Shown: positions 19,641 through 28,462 of the stretch, one piece after another
Layout: each line of letters begins with the position of its first letter
Numbering within the stretch: the stretch's first letter is position 1
Assembly: GCA_000146465.1 (NCBI GenBank)
Contig: CP001945.1
Strand: one strand, 5' to 3'
Length of the DNA: 64,000 nt
Position numbers and translations under genes: made by a program
Notes under the pieces: model-generated
Database searches by the model: none
What the model was told of the DNA's origin: nothing
What the model saw: only the letters and a program-made list of their open reading frames with translations

Positions 19641-20063
19641 TCATCTCCGCTTCCCAAGGAACAAGGTTTCCTCCCCTCCATCACTGCTAAAGTCGAGATT
19701 GATTGCAGGATCAATTGGTCTATGTATCTTTCTACCTGCATATAGATTCTCCTTTATATTCCTTCGAAGCCCACTACACCGGAATTCTTCAAGGAATGCA
19801 GCCTCGTCTTCTCCTAGACTTATTCCAAACCCCTCTTCTTCTTCAACACCTATTCTCGAAACTCCTTTACATTCGTAGAACACTCCACGACGGCCCCCGT
19901 ATAAAGACAAAGTCACCTTGTCGCTTCCCACACTGTACTCATAAAGATGTTTATTATTATTCTCCCATAATTCGCTTCTCTTCGAGATCCTCACAAACAC
20001 CATCTTCGATCCTTTGGTACCAGAATTACTCATCTTCTTGGAGTAAAGGACTTTGTTTTTCAT
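19641..20063 (-). CDS. Hypothetical 140-aa protein.
   Basis: Intact ORF that is convergent with the HECT gene, separated by 15 nt. No recognised motif. Confidence 0.35.
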   Translation of the reverse strand: MKNKVLYSKKMSNSGTKGSKMVFVRISKRSELWENNNKHLYEYSVGSDKVTLSLYGGRRGVFYECKGVSRIGVEEEEGFGISLGEDEAAFLEEFRCSGLRRNIKENLYAGRKIHRPIDPAINLDFSSDGGEETLFLGKRR

Positions 20064-20129
20064 TCTGATTCCAAACTCCTACACCAAAATAAACTTCAAA
20101 TCCATTAAATCGGGATGCAAATCCCTTGG

Positions 20130-20990
20130 TCACTCGTCTGGGGGAACATACTTCTCCACATCCCTTTTTTTCTTTTCCTCTCTTTTTTTCTTTCTTTCTC
20201 TGCTGCTTTCTCTTTCTTCAAAATCAAAGTCTCCATCAACAAAGTATTCCCCAGTCTCCATCTCAATGTCCTCTTTTCTCTTGGGAACATCCAGGGGCAT
20301 ATTTCCACTGGGTCTTCCAACAACTTTCTTCTTTGACTTCTTGTTGCTCTTCTTGATCTTTGGAAGAAAACGGCTCCAATCCTCTCCTTCTTTGCTTTTG
20401 TCTTCTTCCAGCTTTCTTTTTTCAATAAGACTCCTAATCTGATACATCGGATGAATGTTGTTCATACAATCAACAACAATCTTCTTCACCTCTTCAATTC
20501 CCTTGAAACTACCTATAATGCTTACTGTCTTTCCATGAACAAGAACATGGCATTTTGTTAGTATCTGGATAGCTTTCAAAGTCATTTCTTTTGGCCCTAT
20601 CAGCCTATCCCTCCGCTTTTCAAATACCTTTTCTGAGCTTGCCATCTTCTTAATGTCAACCACCTCGCAGAAGTACTCGTCTTCCAACACCTTCATTGCT
20701 TCCTCAATTCCAACTCCCCGGCTCACAAGCTTAACAAAGTTAACCGCCTTAACAAATATAAACGGGTCTCTTGTACTTCTGTTTGTCATTACGTCGATCG
20801 TTCTTTCTCCCATGTCGATCTTACAAGATATCTTCTTCGCCTCTAATGCCTTTTCTATGTATTTCTGTGTCTGTTCAATGTATTTTTCCCTGTACTTCGG
20901 AAACATCACGGTTTCTGAACTCATCTCGGCAAACTCATGCTTGAAGTCGTCCTCACAAAACTTGACTCCATCCTCCATCCAGGGCCCCAA
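20130..20990 (-). CDS. KRR1: KRR1 small-subunit processome component (KH domain).
   Basis: The sequence FPKYREKYIEQ...RDPFIFVKAVNFVKLVSRGVGIEEAMKVLED...KRRDRLIGPKEMTLKAIQILTKCHVLVHGKTVSIIGSFKGIEEVKKIVVDCMNNIHPMYQIRSLIEKR matches KRR1 (FPKYREQYLRE...[59 protein letters not shown]). A K/E-rich tail follows. Confidence 0.85.
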   Translation of the reverse strand: MGPWMEDGVKFCEDDFKHEFAEMSSETVMFPKYREKYIEQTQKYIEKALEAKKISCKIDMGERTIDVMTNRSTRDPFIFVKAVNFVKLVSRGVGIEEAMKVLEDEYFCEVVDIKKMASSEKVFEKRRDRLIGPKEMTLKAIQILTKCHVLVHGKTVSIIGSFKGIEEVKKIVVDCMNNIHPMYQIRSLIEKRKLEEDKSKEGEDWSRFLPKIKKSNKKSKKKVVGRPSGNMPLDVPKRKEDIEMETGEYFVDGDFDFEERESSRERKKKREEKKKRDVEKYVPPDE

Positions 20991-21005
20991 TTCTTAGCTT
21001 TTCAC

Positions 21006-21740
21006 CTATACAAATTTCTGTATCCTCTCCCTCTTCTTTCTTCCAACCACCTCGACAAAGCTATCTTCTACTGTCTTTTCTCCTTGTGACGCCTCCACAC
21101 CCTTCCAAACTCTTCTGGGCCCCCGAACAATACACCTTCTGGGCTCTGGGAGTATCCTAGTCCTCTCAATTCCCACCCTCACCAGCTTTGCAATTTCTTC
21201 CCATAATTTTTTAATGATTTCGCTCTGGAGGTTTAACATCTCATCGATAGATTCGTAGACATTGCACATGTGTTTGTACCACTTTTGAACATCTATATCC
21301 CCCCTTTCCCATGCATCAGGACATAAAAAACCTCCCGTGTATTCATATCCAAAAATATATGAGAAATACATCTTATCTTCGTCGAAATCTTCTCCCTTCC
21401 GGAAGTATCTATGGAAGTAGATGTGTGAGTTCACGTACTCTCTTTTCTGGAATCCAAAAGTAAATAAAATATCTTCGAGATCTCTTCTTTTCATCTTCAC
21501 CATCTTAGAACCGTCCAAGGCATCTGGAACTCCTACTTTTCCGCACACTTCAAATGCTCGTCCATCTTCAACCCATTTCAGCACCTTGTTCCTGTCGTTC
21601 TCGAGTTTCCCATGGATAAATCTTACTACAGATAGATAATAGATGTACTTTTCTCTCCTCCCATCAATATCCTTCCTCATCCAAAAATCCTCAGAAGGGA
21701 TATCAATGTCTATCTTTTCTCCTGAAAACAGAAAATCCAT
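21006..21740 (-). CDS. Divergent HSF-type DNA-binding-domain protein.
   Basis: The segments KVLKWVEDGRAFEVCGK...RRDLEDILFTFGFQKRE...IYFHRYFRKGEDF fit the HSF pattern (W...G..F.v......F....Fvrq.N.yGFrK.....F.hp.F.RG.e) with weaker conservation than the other copies. Confidence 0.5.
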   Translation of the reverse strand: MDFLFSGEKIDIDIPSEDFWMRKDIDGRREKYIYYLSVVRFIHGKLENDRNKVLKWVEDGRAFEVCGKVGVPDALDGSKMVKMKRRDLEDILFTFGFQKREYVNSHIYFHRYFRKGEDFDEDKMYFSYIFGYEYTGGFLCPDAWERGDIDVQKWYKHMCNVYESIDEMLNLQSEIIKKLWEEIAKLVRVGIERTRILPEPRRCIVRGPRRVWKGVEASQGEKTVEDSFVEVVGRKKRERIQKFV

Positions 21741-21755
21741 GTAGCATTTGTAGAT

Positions 21756-22505
21756 TTATTGAAAGTCTTGGACAATATCATTGAACTTATGCCTTTTCAC
21801 CTTCAGGTTCACAGTTATTCCCGAAGTCTTCTTGACTTTCTCCTTCTCCTTTTTCTTCGGAGGGGACTTTTGGGGAACCTTGGGAACCTCCAAATCTCCA
21901 ACCTCATCGAGGAATCCAAACGAGCAGTTTGCATTGTCTTGGAAATATCTCTTTGCCCATTCTAACATCGATTCCTCAAACTCAATCTTGTTACTTGGAT
22001 CGTAATTTATGCTTTTAAATTCATGATACGGCTTCAATGTCTTCATGTGCGAGCACAAAGAAAACAGAGAATCCCGAAGTTTTGAAATCTTTTTCTCGTT
22101 TTCTCTAAGTCTTCCAATCATTTGAGGAACCTCGCTCATCATGATGCGGATGTTCTCATTCATCGAATCGATCTCTTCCTTAGGTATCTCCCTGTCGCTT
22201 TTATGGTTCACCTTGTATATCATACCAAGGAAATTCTTCTTCTGCCTTTGGAAAAATTTGTTATAATACTTCAGTCCAGATCTTCCAATCTTCTTGAATC
22301 CATAGCTCTCCAGAAGCCTTTTAAATTCTTCTATTCCAGTACAAAATCCAAAAAACGGCCCGGTAATAAATCTAAACATCCCGGGGTTCCTTATAACAAT
22401 GCATCGTCCGCTTTTACTCCATTCAATTGCTGTGAAACGAGTACTGTCCACCATCTCATATAGTATCTCTATTTCCTTTTCTACGGACTTTGATTTCCCA
22501 ACCAT
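21756..22505 (-). CDS. HSF-type DNA-binding-domain protein.
   Basis: The sequence AIEWSKSGRCIVIRNPGMFRFITGPFFGFCTGIEEFKRLLESYGFKKI...KYYNKFFQRQKKNFLGMI corresponds to the HSF motifs (WS..G.sF.V.d...F...vLp..F....f.SFvRQLN.YGF.KV ... F.hp.F.rGq..LL.nI). Confidence 0.65.
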   Translation of the reverse strand: MVGKSKSVEKEIEILYEMVDSTRFTAIEWSKSGRCIVIRNPGMFRFITGPFFGFCTGIEEFKRLLESYGFKKIGRSGLKYYNKFFQRQKKNFLGMIYKVNHKSDREIPKEEIDSMNENIRIMMSEVPQMIGRLRENEKKISKLRDSLFSLCSHMKTLKPYHEFKSINYDPSNKIEFEESMLEWAKRYFQDNANCSFGFLDEVGDLEVPKVPQKSPPKKKEKEKVKKTSGITVNLKVKRHKFNDIVQDFQ

Positions 22506-22525
22506 TCTTTCAAGGACTTTTCAGA

Positions 22526-23575
22526 CTAAACATTTTTGGCTTTCCTGGACTTTGAATCTACATACTTCACTCCATCCTTAAAAAGGCGGAAAAGCATCTT
22601 ATACACACTGTTCTGAGACAGCCCACACAGCTCAATTTCAAAACTGCTCGAGATGGTAATCTGGGCTCTCTTCCTGGCCGTCCCATCTCTGGAATCTAGC
22701 CGTCTCGACATCTTCCTTATAAACACTTCAAAGATTATTTTGTATTCCTTGCTTATCTCCAGACTGCAAAGCCTCTCCAGCACTCTAATCGACTTGTCAA
22801 ATCTCCCGTGCTTCATCCATGCCAAGCACACAAGAAACTCATCCCACATGGTCTCTCTCCTTTCTTCAACTCCTAGGATCTTTCCAAGGCGATGCAGAAC
22901 ACCTTGGGAATACCGGTCTCTCTTTTCTAATTCTTCTCCAAGAAACTTCCTTGTAAACTTGAAGTATCGTACAAGACAAGGATACATGGAGGATAGTTCC
23001 ACAAGCTTGGGCAACGCCAGTCTCCCAAAATACTCTTCTGGTGCATTCCTTCGCACATTTTCAAATAGATCCAGATCCCCAACCCCGAAATCCTTTTCAT
23101 AGGCCCTGTACCTTGGAGATTGTAAGATAAGCGCTTGTAGGGCATCCCTGCGATATTTACTCTTTGTCCTGTATACGTGGTAAAATACAATATCGTTGTT
23201 CTTAAAGAATCTCGAAAACACACACACATATCTTACTGCAAGATCACTGATTCTTGGGTCTGTAGAGTAGAACATATGGAGGATGTTTGTGTCCACCTCC
23301 TCCACATGCTTACTAACCTTCTCGAGATACTTCAGTGCTAGGGATTTGGCAATCCGATTCTTTGCATGGAATAACTGCCCCATCTTCCTGATTCCACCCC
23401 TTATGACCTCTTTTTGCGAGGTGGACTTTATGATCCTCTTCAAATTCGACAGACCTACCTCGATATCAGAATAAGAGGAATCTGGAGAAATATCTATCTT
23501 TAGGAGCTTCTTCAAATGTGTGTTCGGCTTCATGAAATGGGTTTTAGAAGAAGGGATTAAATAAGACATTAACAA
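22526..23575 (-). CDS. Hypothetical 349-aa helical protein.
   Basis: Intact ORF lying between the two pairs of HSF-type genes. No recognised motif. Confidence 0.45.
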   Translation of the reverse strand: MLMSYLIPSSKTHFMKPNTHLKKLLKIDISPDSSYSDIEVGLSNLKRIIKSTSQKEVIRGGIRKMGQLFHAKNRIAKSLALKYLEKVSKHVEEVDTNILHMFYSTDPRISDLAVRYVCVFSRFFKNNDIVFYHVYRTKSKYRRDALQALILQSPRYRAYEKDFGVGDLDLFENVRRNAPEEYFGRLALPKLVELSSMYPCLVRYFKFTRKFLGEELEKRDRYSQGVLHRLGKILGVEERRETMWDEFLVCLAWMKHGRFDKSIRVLERLCSLEISKEYKIIFEVFIRKMSRRLDSRDGTARKRAQITISSSFEIELCGLSQNSVYKMLFRLFKDGVKYVDSKSRKAKNV

Positions 23576-23758
23576 ATCGATGCTTTCAGAGTAACTATGA
23601 CAACTGGCATTACAAAATGCTGGTTAGTGCCTCATCATTAAGCATTGTCAGAAGATTCCTCCGCCAAGCTCCCGAGGAAACTGGTACTCGGAGGATATCC
23701 TCTGCTAGGGGCTATGGAAAGACCTATTTAATAAAAGTAATTTTCTCTTGGCAAGCCC

Positions 23759-24247
23759 ATGTCCATAGAGAACAAGCCATTCAGTTTTACATATATTATC
23801 CGTAACTTTCATAGAATAATTTCCAAGGGAAAGGATGGAGCAGCATGGAGTCCTTGCGGGAGAGAAGTTATAATTACAGACTCTGCCAAGTTCCAACGGT
23901 TCCTCGAGAAATTGTCAAGAAAAAAAAAAGGCTCGAAGCTAGACTACCTGAAAAGAAATGGCTTTATTCGGGGAAAGACAATGAACCAGAAATCGGTTTT
24001 CTCCCATCCATGGTTTGTAAGAGGGCAGAAAGATCTCCTGAAGAACTTCACGCTCAAAAACTCCTTCTGTTGGTCACAGGGGATACAGATGGGAAGCCAT
24101 GGAGAACCTGATGACCCACTGGACTCATTGAAGCTAGGGTTGTTTGATTTGGGAAGAACATTGTTCAATCTCCGGAACAGTTGTTTAGATTTGAATTCGC
24201 ATATTCAGCTTCTTTTTAATATGGCTAAGTCTAAATCATGTGAGTAA
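23759..24247 (+). CDS. HSF-type DNA-binding-domain protein, short form of 162 aa.
   Basis: The sequence AAWSPCGREVIITDSAKFQRFLEKL...LDYLKRNGFIRGK...VFSHPWFVRGQKDLLKNFTLKN matches HSF ([25 protein letters not shown]...FVRQLNMYGFRKV...EFQHPCFLRGQEQLLENIKRK). Confidence 0.65.
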   Translation: MSIENKPFSFTYIIRNFHRIISKGKDGAAWSPCGREVIITDSAKFQRFLEKLSRKKKGSKLDYLKRNGFIRGKTMNQKSVFSHPWFVRGQKDLLKNFTLKNSFCWSQGIQMGSHGEPDDPLDSLKLGLFDLGRTLFNLRNSCLDLNSHIQLLFNMAKSKSCE

Positions 24248-24290
24248 CTGGAACAGTGAGTTTTGACGATGGTGGGGGATTTAACCCTTT

Positions 24291-24956
24291 GTGAAGAGTG
24301 AAGGGATGAAAAGCAGAGAGAGGGTTTTGGAGGACATAAGAAACAGATTGAGGACACTGCTGTCGAGCAGGAAGTGCATAGGCATGGAAAGCATAAGAGA
24401 TGACTTTTTTTTTATGATAACAAATCCTAAAATCTTCGACGAGCTAGTGATGGAACCGGTCTTTTCTTGCAATAAATATTGGGAGTTTAAGAGACTAATG
24501 TATCTTTGTGGATATTCGCATATCAATAGATGTATGTTCATGAAGGGAGGAGAAAAGGAAGGCCGAGCCCCTAGTATACTTCTTAAGAGGCCTGAAGAAA
24601 AGGATCTTTTGCGTTTTGAAGAAGCCTTGGAAGATCTGCGGAAAAAGTATTTAGATCTTGAAGAGATTCTGGACGATGTATGGGACAGACTGGATAATAT
24701 AGATGGTGCTCTTGAAAGATCCATGGGAGCAATACGGGATGTATTTAACAAAGGAGCAGAAGTCTCAGGAGTTGATCTCCAAGAAATAAATGGACTTGTT
24801 GATTCACTAATGAAATATGATGAGTCGGAGTCCATGGATACATTCAGCGAGGGAGCAACTCCGGAAGAATCCGATATAGAAGCATTTTCGTCCTCCTCAG
24901 AGGAGGGCCACACAAAGGTGTTGGAAAATAAAGAAAAGAAGATCAGTTTCTTTTAG
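24291..24956 (+). CDS. Hypothetical protein with a possible degenerate HSF-type domain followed by a coiled coil.
   Basis: The segments KYWEFKRLMYLCGYSHI..CMFMKGGEKE weakly resemble the HSF helix-3 and wing region. A heptad-repeat segment (LRFEEALEDLRKKYLDLEEILDDVWDRLDNIDGALE) is followed by an acidic, serine-rich tail. Confidence 0.4.
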   Translation: MKSEGMKSRERVLEDIRNRLRTLLSSRKCIGMESIRDDFFFMITNPKIFDELVMEPVFSCNKYWEFKRLMYLCGYSHINRCMFMKGGEKEGRAPSILLKRPEEKDLLRFEEALEDLRKKYLDLEEILDDVWDRLDNIDGALERSMGAIRDVFNKGAEVSGVDLQEINGLVDSLMKYDESESMDTFSEGATPEESDIEAFSSSSEEGHTKVLENKEKKISFF

Positions 24957-25001
24957 GAAACCTTGGGTAGACTAAAAGCTTTACTTTGGATGGTTTGGGT
25001 A

Positions 25002-25958
25002 TTAAAGATGCTTTTTCTCCCCTGTTTGCTTTTGTGTTTTTGTGTCAAATGCTTCCAGCGCTATAGATCCTAGCACCCCAAGTATTGAGAGGGCTTGTAT
25101 CTTTTTGATCTTGTGGCCAAACACAATTAATGACAAAAGGATCGAAAACATCTTTCTTGTAAGGTTGACTTTAGTAAGGGTTAGAGAACCATGGGATTGT
25201 ATCATTGAGTAGATTACAATCTGGCCAAAGATGTTGAATGTGGAGTACAGAAGAAGATCTGGTGCAACCTCTGGTGTTGCCTTTATGAATGCAATGGAAT
25301 ATCTAAGGTTATCTGTAAGGAGGATTACCGTGAAAGAGATTAGGAATCTGAATAGATTGGTGTAGTACATCATATGAAAGGATGAGGCCTGGAACTTCCT
25401 AAAGATGTGGTCCTGGGTCGAATTGATGATTCCATCGGCAAGAAGACTTGTAGTGAGAACTAAAATTCCAATGAGGCTGAGTCTAGATCCCGAGGAATTC
25501 TTTCCATCGAAGTACGAAAAAGAAAGAACAGATATGGATATCAGACACAAGGAAAAATACTTCCTACGGGTTAGTGTTCTTCTGTATATGAGAAAGTTCA
25601 TCAGGGCAATGGGGAGAAGCTTGCAGGACTTTGCTATTATCAATGTCGGATAGCTAATGTACCTAAGTGAGAGAAACCCTAGTTGGGCAGATATTAGACT
25701 TAGAGACGCTAGATAAGCATAATGGAATAGTATAGCTCTCCCAAGTCCTCCTTCAACTCCTTTGCAACTCATCATCACTCTTCCTATCACAATCCCTCCT
25801 AGACTCTGCAGTACCAATGGAAACAGGACCGATTCGTACCTCCGGCCATGGTATGTTGTAGTTGTTAGCTTTTCTCCATAGATTCCAAACACAAGGAAGA
25901 ATGCATATATCCCTACAACATGAAGCATTAAGCTGACGTGCTTGTTCAGAGATCCCAT
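25002..25958 (-). CDS. Nucleotide-sugar transporter of the UAA / SLC35B-like family.
   Basis: The 318-aa ORF has about 10 transmembrane helices. The composition and length match the SLC35B/UAA family (its N-terminus reads HVVGIYAFFLVFGIYGEKLTT). The call rests on overall pattern rather than a single motif. Confidence 0.6.
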   Translation of the reverse strand: MGSLNKHVSLMLHVVGIYAFFLVFGIYGEKLTTTTYHGRRYESVLFPLVLQSLGGIVIGRVMMSCKGVEGGLGRAILFHYAYLASLSLISAQLGFLSLRYISYPTLIIAKSCKLLPIALMNFLIYRRTLTRRKYFSLCLISISVLSFSYFDGKNSSGSRLSLIGILVLTTSLLADGIINSTQDHIFRKFQASSFHMMYYTNLFRFLISFTVILLTDNLRYSIAFIKATPEVAPDLLLYSTFNIFGQIVIYSMIQSHGSLTLTKVNLTRKMFSILLSLIVFGHKIKKIQALSILGVLGSIALEAFDTKTQKQTGEKKHL

Positions 25959-26019
25959 GGGCTTAAGATCGAATCTTCACAAATCAAAAAGCATTCCATT
26001 AAAATTTGTTTATCTACCC

Positions 26020-26277
26020 ATGGAGTTCAAGGCTTCTTTGAGACTGCCATGCGAGAGCCCTGAGATTGTTGCAACAGCTATACGATGCGAGGATAGCGAT
26101 TGCGACATGCCGGAGGAAACATATTCTCATGAAGATGGGTACTTAGTTGTGAATGTTTCTGCAGCCAAGATAAAAGATCTTTCCAAATCACTCAACTCGT
26201 TGTTGTCAAGGTTCAAGCTGTCTGTCGAAAGCATAGAGATGTGCAAAAAGCTTGGAGGCAGGAAGGAAGTGGGGTAG
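26020..26277 (+). CDS. PCC1: KEOPS/EKC complex subunit Pcc1 (LAGE3 family).
   Basis: From the internal Met, the sequence MEFKASLRLPCESPEIVATAIRC...DGYLVVNVSAAKIKDLSKSLNSLLSRFKLSVESIEMCKKL matches the Pcc1 family pattern (slripFps.r.Ae.A..sL.pD.e......v.l.f.A.d.R.LR.S.nsfLd.l.L....m..F). ORF 25942..26277 carries a spurious N-terminal extension. Confidence 0.55.
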   Translation: MEFKASLRLPCESPEIVATAIRCEDSDCDMPEETYSHEDGYLVVNVSAAKIKDLSKSLNSLLSRFKLSVESIEMCKKLGGRKEVG

Positions 26278-26359
26278 AAGGTCCTATGCAGTATTTCCAA
26301 AATAAATTGAATTTAATATTTTTATGTTCCATGGCAGATGTACTTTCTTTTCTAGGACC

Positions 26360-26887
26360 TCATGATTCCCCGGAAAACAAGGCTTCGAGACGGTTGAGCT
26401 CGTTCTCATCAGCCTCTGTTCTAAACTCGCTATACATGGGAACCTTTTGAAGATCCGCACTTATGCATAGCCTTCCTCCTTTGCAAGTGACAGCAGGGAT
26501 TTTTCGCTCCACGCCAATGAGATCTGTAATTTCCGGACAGTTGCTTGCTAGTATGTAATGGTTTTTGTTCGACTTCCTCATAACTCTTCTCAAACAGCTC
26601 AGTGGATCTCTCACCTCTTTGTGATTACAATGTAATATCTCTAAATACTTTGAAATTCCTCTCTTGTGGTCCTTTCCAATCTCTTTAAGCTTCTTGTAGA
26701 CACACTTAGTTATGAAAAGCTTTGGCTGGGACTTAAACAAGTCGTTTATGTGTCTTAGGCCTAAGAAGTATCTGTTCAGTGCTGAAACGAAGTTACACTC
26801 CACAATAATTTGGTAGGGGATTCTGTATCCAATTTTCGGCAGCAGCTTCACTATTTTTTTACTGTTTCTGTTTATTTTTGCATCCAT
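26360..26887 (-). CDS. UTP23: rRNA-processing PIN-domain protein Utp23 (Fcf1/Utp23 family).
   Basis: The sequence [31 protein letters not shown]...[15 protein letters not shown]...[11 protein letters not shown]...KIPAVTC matches Utp23 (KITRQKHAKKHLGFF..REPYQILLDGTF...TRCVLKELETLGKD...NPHHYFVATQD...KKPGVPLMF). Start is taken at the internal Met MDAKINR. Confidence 0.7.
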   Translation of the reverse strand: MDAKINRNSKKIVKLLPKIGYRIPYQIIVECNFVSALNRYFLGLRHINDLFKSQPKLFITKCVYKKLKEIGKDHKRGISKYLEILHCNHKEVRDPLSCLRRVMRKSNKNHYILASNCPEITDLIGVERKIPAVTCKGGRLCISADLQKVPMYSEFRTEADENELNRLEALFSGES

Positions 26888-26924
26888 TGCCTGTGGGTTA
26901 AATTCCTGGAAAAAAAGACCCACA

Positions 26925-28457
26925 ATGGTTAAAAACAATAACGAAGTTGAACTTTCTGAAGAGGACTTCTATGTCCAAAGATCAAGTATGGTGAAAGGGG
27001 AGATGAGCCAAGGAAAAAACATGTATCCCCACAAGTTTGAGGTGACTCACAGCTTTGGGGAGATCCTTAGAAAGATAGGAGAGGTAAAGGAGCAGTTTGT
27101 TGCAGAAGACGTGGTTCAATCTGCAGGAAGGATAATGAGTATCAGGCTCCACTCCCGATTCTGCTTTTTCATAATTTCTTCTTGTGGAGAGAGTATCCAA
27201 CTCGTTGTAGATGCCAAGAAAGAGGGAAGTGAGCAGATAATCAAGTTTCTGAAGAGGGGAGACATTGTTGGGTTTATAGGGAACGTTGGAAGAACAAGGA
27301 CTCTAGAACCCTCTGTGTTCGCCACTGATGTGAAGGTCCTTACTCCATGCCTTAGGACCATTCCGACGGAGCACTTTGGATTGAAGGATCCTGAGACGAT
27401 ATACAGGAGGAGATACATGGATCTTCTCATCAACCGGGAGTCGAAGGAAAGGTTTGAAAAGAGAACACAGATCATCAGGTATATTAGGAGCTTCTTGGAC
27501 TCGCGGGGGTTTCTAGAAGTTGAGACGCCTATGATGAATCTGATTCCTGGAGGAGCAGCAGCAAAGCCTTTTATAACTCATCACAATGAGCTTAACTTGA
27601 ATCTTTACATGAGAGTATCTCCCGAGCTGTACCTGAAGAAGCTTGTTGTCGGGGGCCTTGACAGAGTGTATGAGATAGGAAAGCAGTTTAGAAATGAAGG
27701 AATTGATCTTACCCACAATCCCGAGTTTACATCCTGTGAATTCTACATGGCCTATGGGGACTACAATGATCTTATGAAGATGACTGAAGAGCTTATGAGC
27801 GGAATAGTTCAGGAGATGTTTGGAACAGACACGATAGTTTACAATCCAAGGAAGAGAGGAGAGGAGATCAAGCCGGTGTCTCTATCATTCAAGAGGCCCT
27901 TCCGAGTGATTAGCATAATCGAGGAGCTTAACACTCGTCTTGGGTTAGATCTTAGTGGAGAGACTCTTGATAACGAGGAGACCTTGGAAAAACTTCTTGG
28001 GGTTTGTGAAAAAGAAGGAATCCATGTTGAGAAACCTCGTACACTTACAAGAGTGCTTGACAAGCTTATTGGACATGTGATTGAGCCTCAGTGTGTTAAT
28101 CCGACCTTTATAAAAGATTATCCAATAGCAATGTCTCCCTTGGCTAAGAACCATCGATCAAAGCCTGGCTTGACTGAAAGATTCGAACTTTTTATCAACT
28201 GTAAGGAAGTGTGCAATGCCTATACGGAGCTAAACAACCCTTTTGAACAGAGGGAGAGATTCCTTCAGCAGGCACAGGACATAAATGCTGGAGATGACGA
28301 GGCCATGATGAACGACGAAGACTTTTGCACGGCTCTTGAGTATGGGCTTCCGCCCACTGCCGGATGGGGCCTGGGGATTGACAGATTTGTGATGTATCTG
28401 ACGAATGCAGCTAATATCCGGGATGTTATTTTCTTTCCCACTATGAAGCCTGAATAA
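26925..28457 (+). CDS. KRS1: Lysyl-tRNA synthetase, class II.
   Basis: Near co-linear identity to eukaryotic LysRS, including [104 protein letters not shown] and [14 protein letters not shown]. Confidence 0.95.
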   Translation: MVKNNNEVELSEEDFYVQRSSMVKGEMSQGKNMYPHKFEVTHSFGEILRKIGEVKEQFVAEDVVQSAGRIMSIRLHSRFCFFIISSCGESIQLVVDAKKEGSEQIIKFLKRGDIVGFIGNVGRTRTLEPSVFATDVKVLTPCLRTIPTEHFGLKDPETIYRRRYMDLLINRESKERFEKRTQIIRYIRSFLDSRGFLEVETPMMNLIPGGAAAKPFITHHNELNLNLYMRVSPELYLKKLVVGGLDRVYEIGKQFRNEGIDLTHNPEFTSCEFYMAYGDYNDLMKMTEELMSGIVQEMFGTDTIVYNPRKRGEEIKPVSLSFKRPFRVISIIEELNTRLGLDLSGETLDNEETLEKLLGVCEKEGIHVEKPRTLTRVLDKLIGHVIEPQCVNPTFIKDYPIAMSPLAKNHRSKPGLTERFELFINCKEVCNAYTELNNPFEQRERFLQQAQDINAGDDEAMMNDEDFCTALEYGLPPTAGWGLGIDRFVMYLTNAANIRDVIFFPTMKPE

Positions 28458-28462
28458 ATATT

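Noticed and set aside
20053-20442. A CT-rich low-complexity stretch (about 20150-20420) with several overlapping small ORFs on both strands. It could be mistaken for a simple repeat or a regulatory tract.
   Set aside because: It is the reverse-strand coding sequence of the K/E-rich C-terminal tail of KRR1 (...KKKREEKKKRDVEKYVPPDE), so the composition reflects the coded protein rather than a repeat element.
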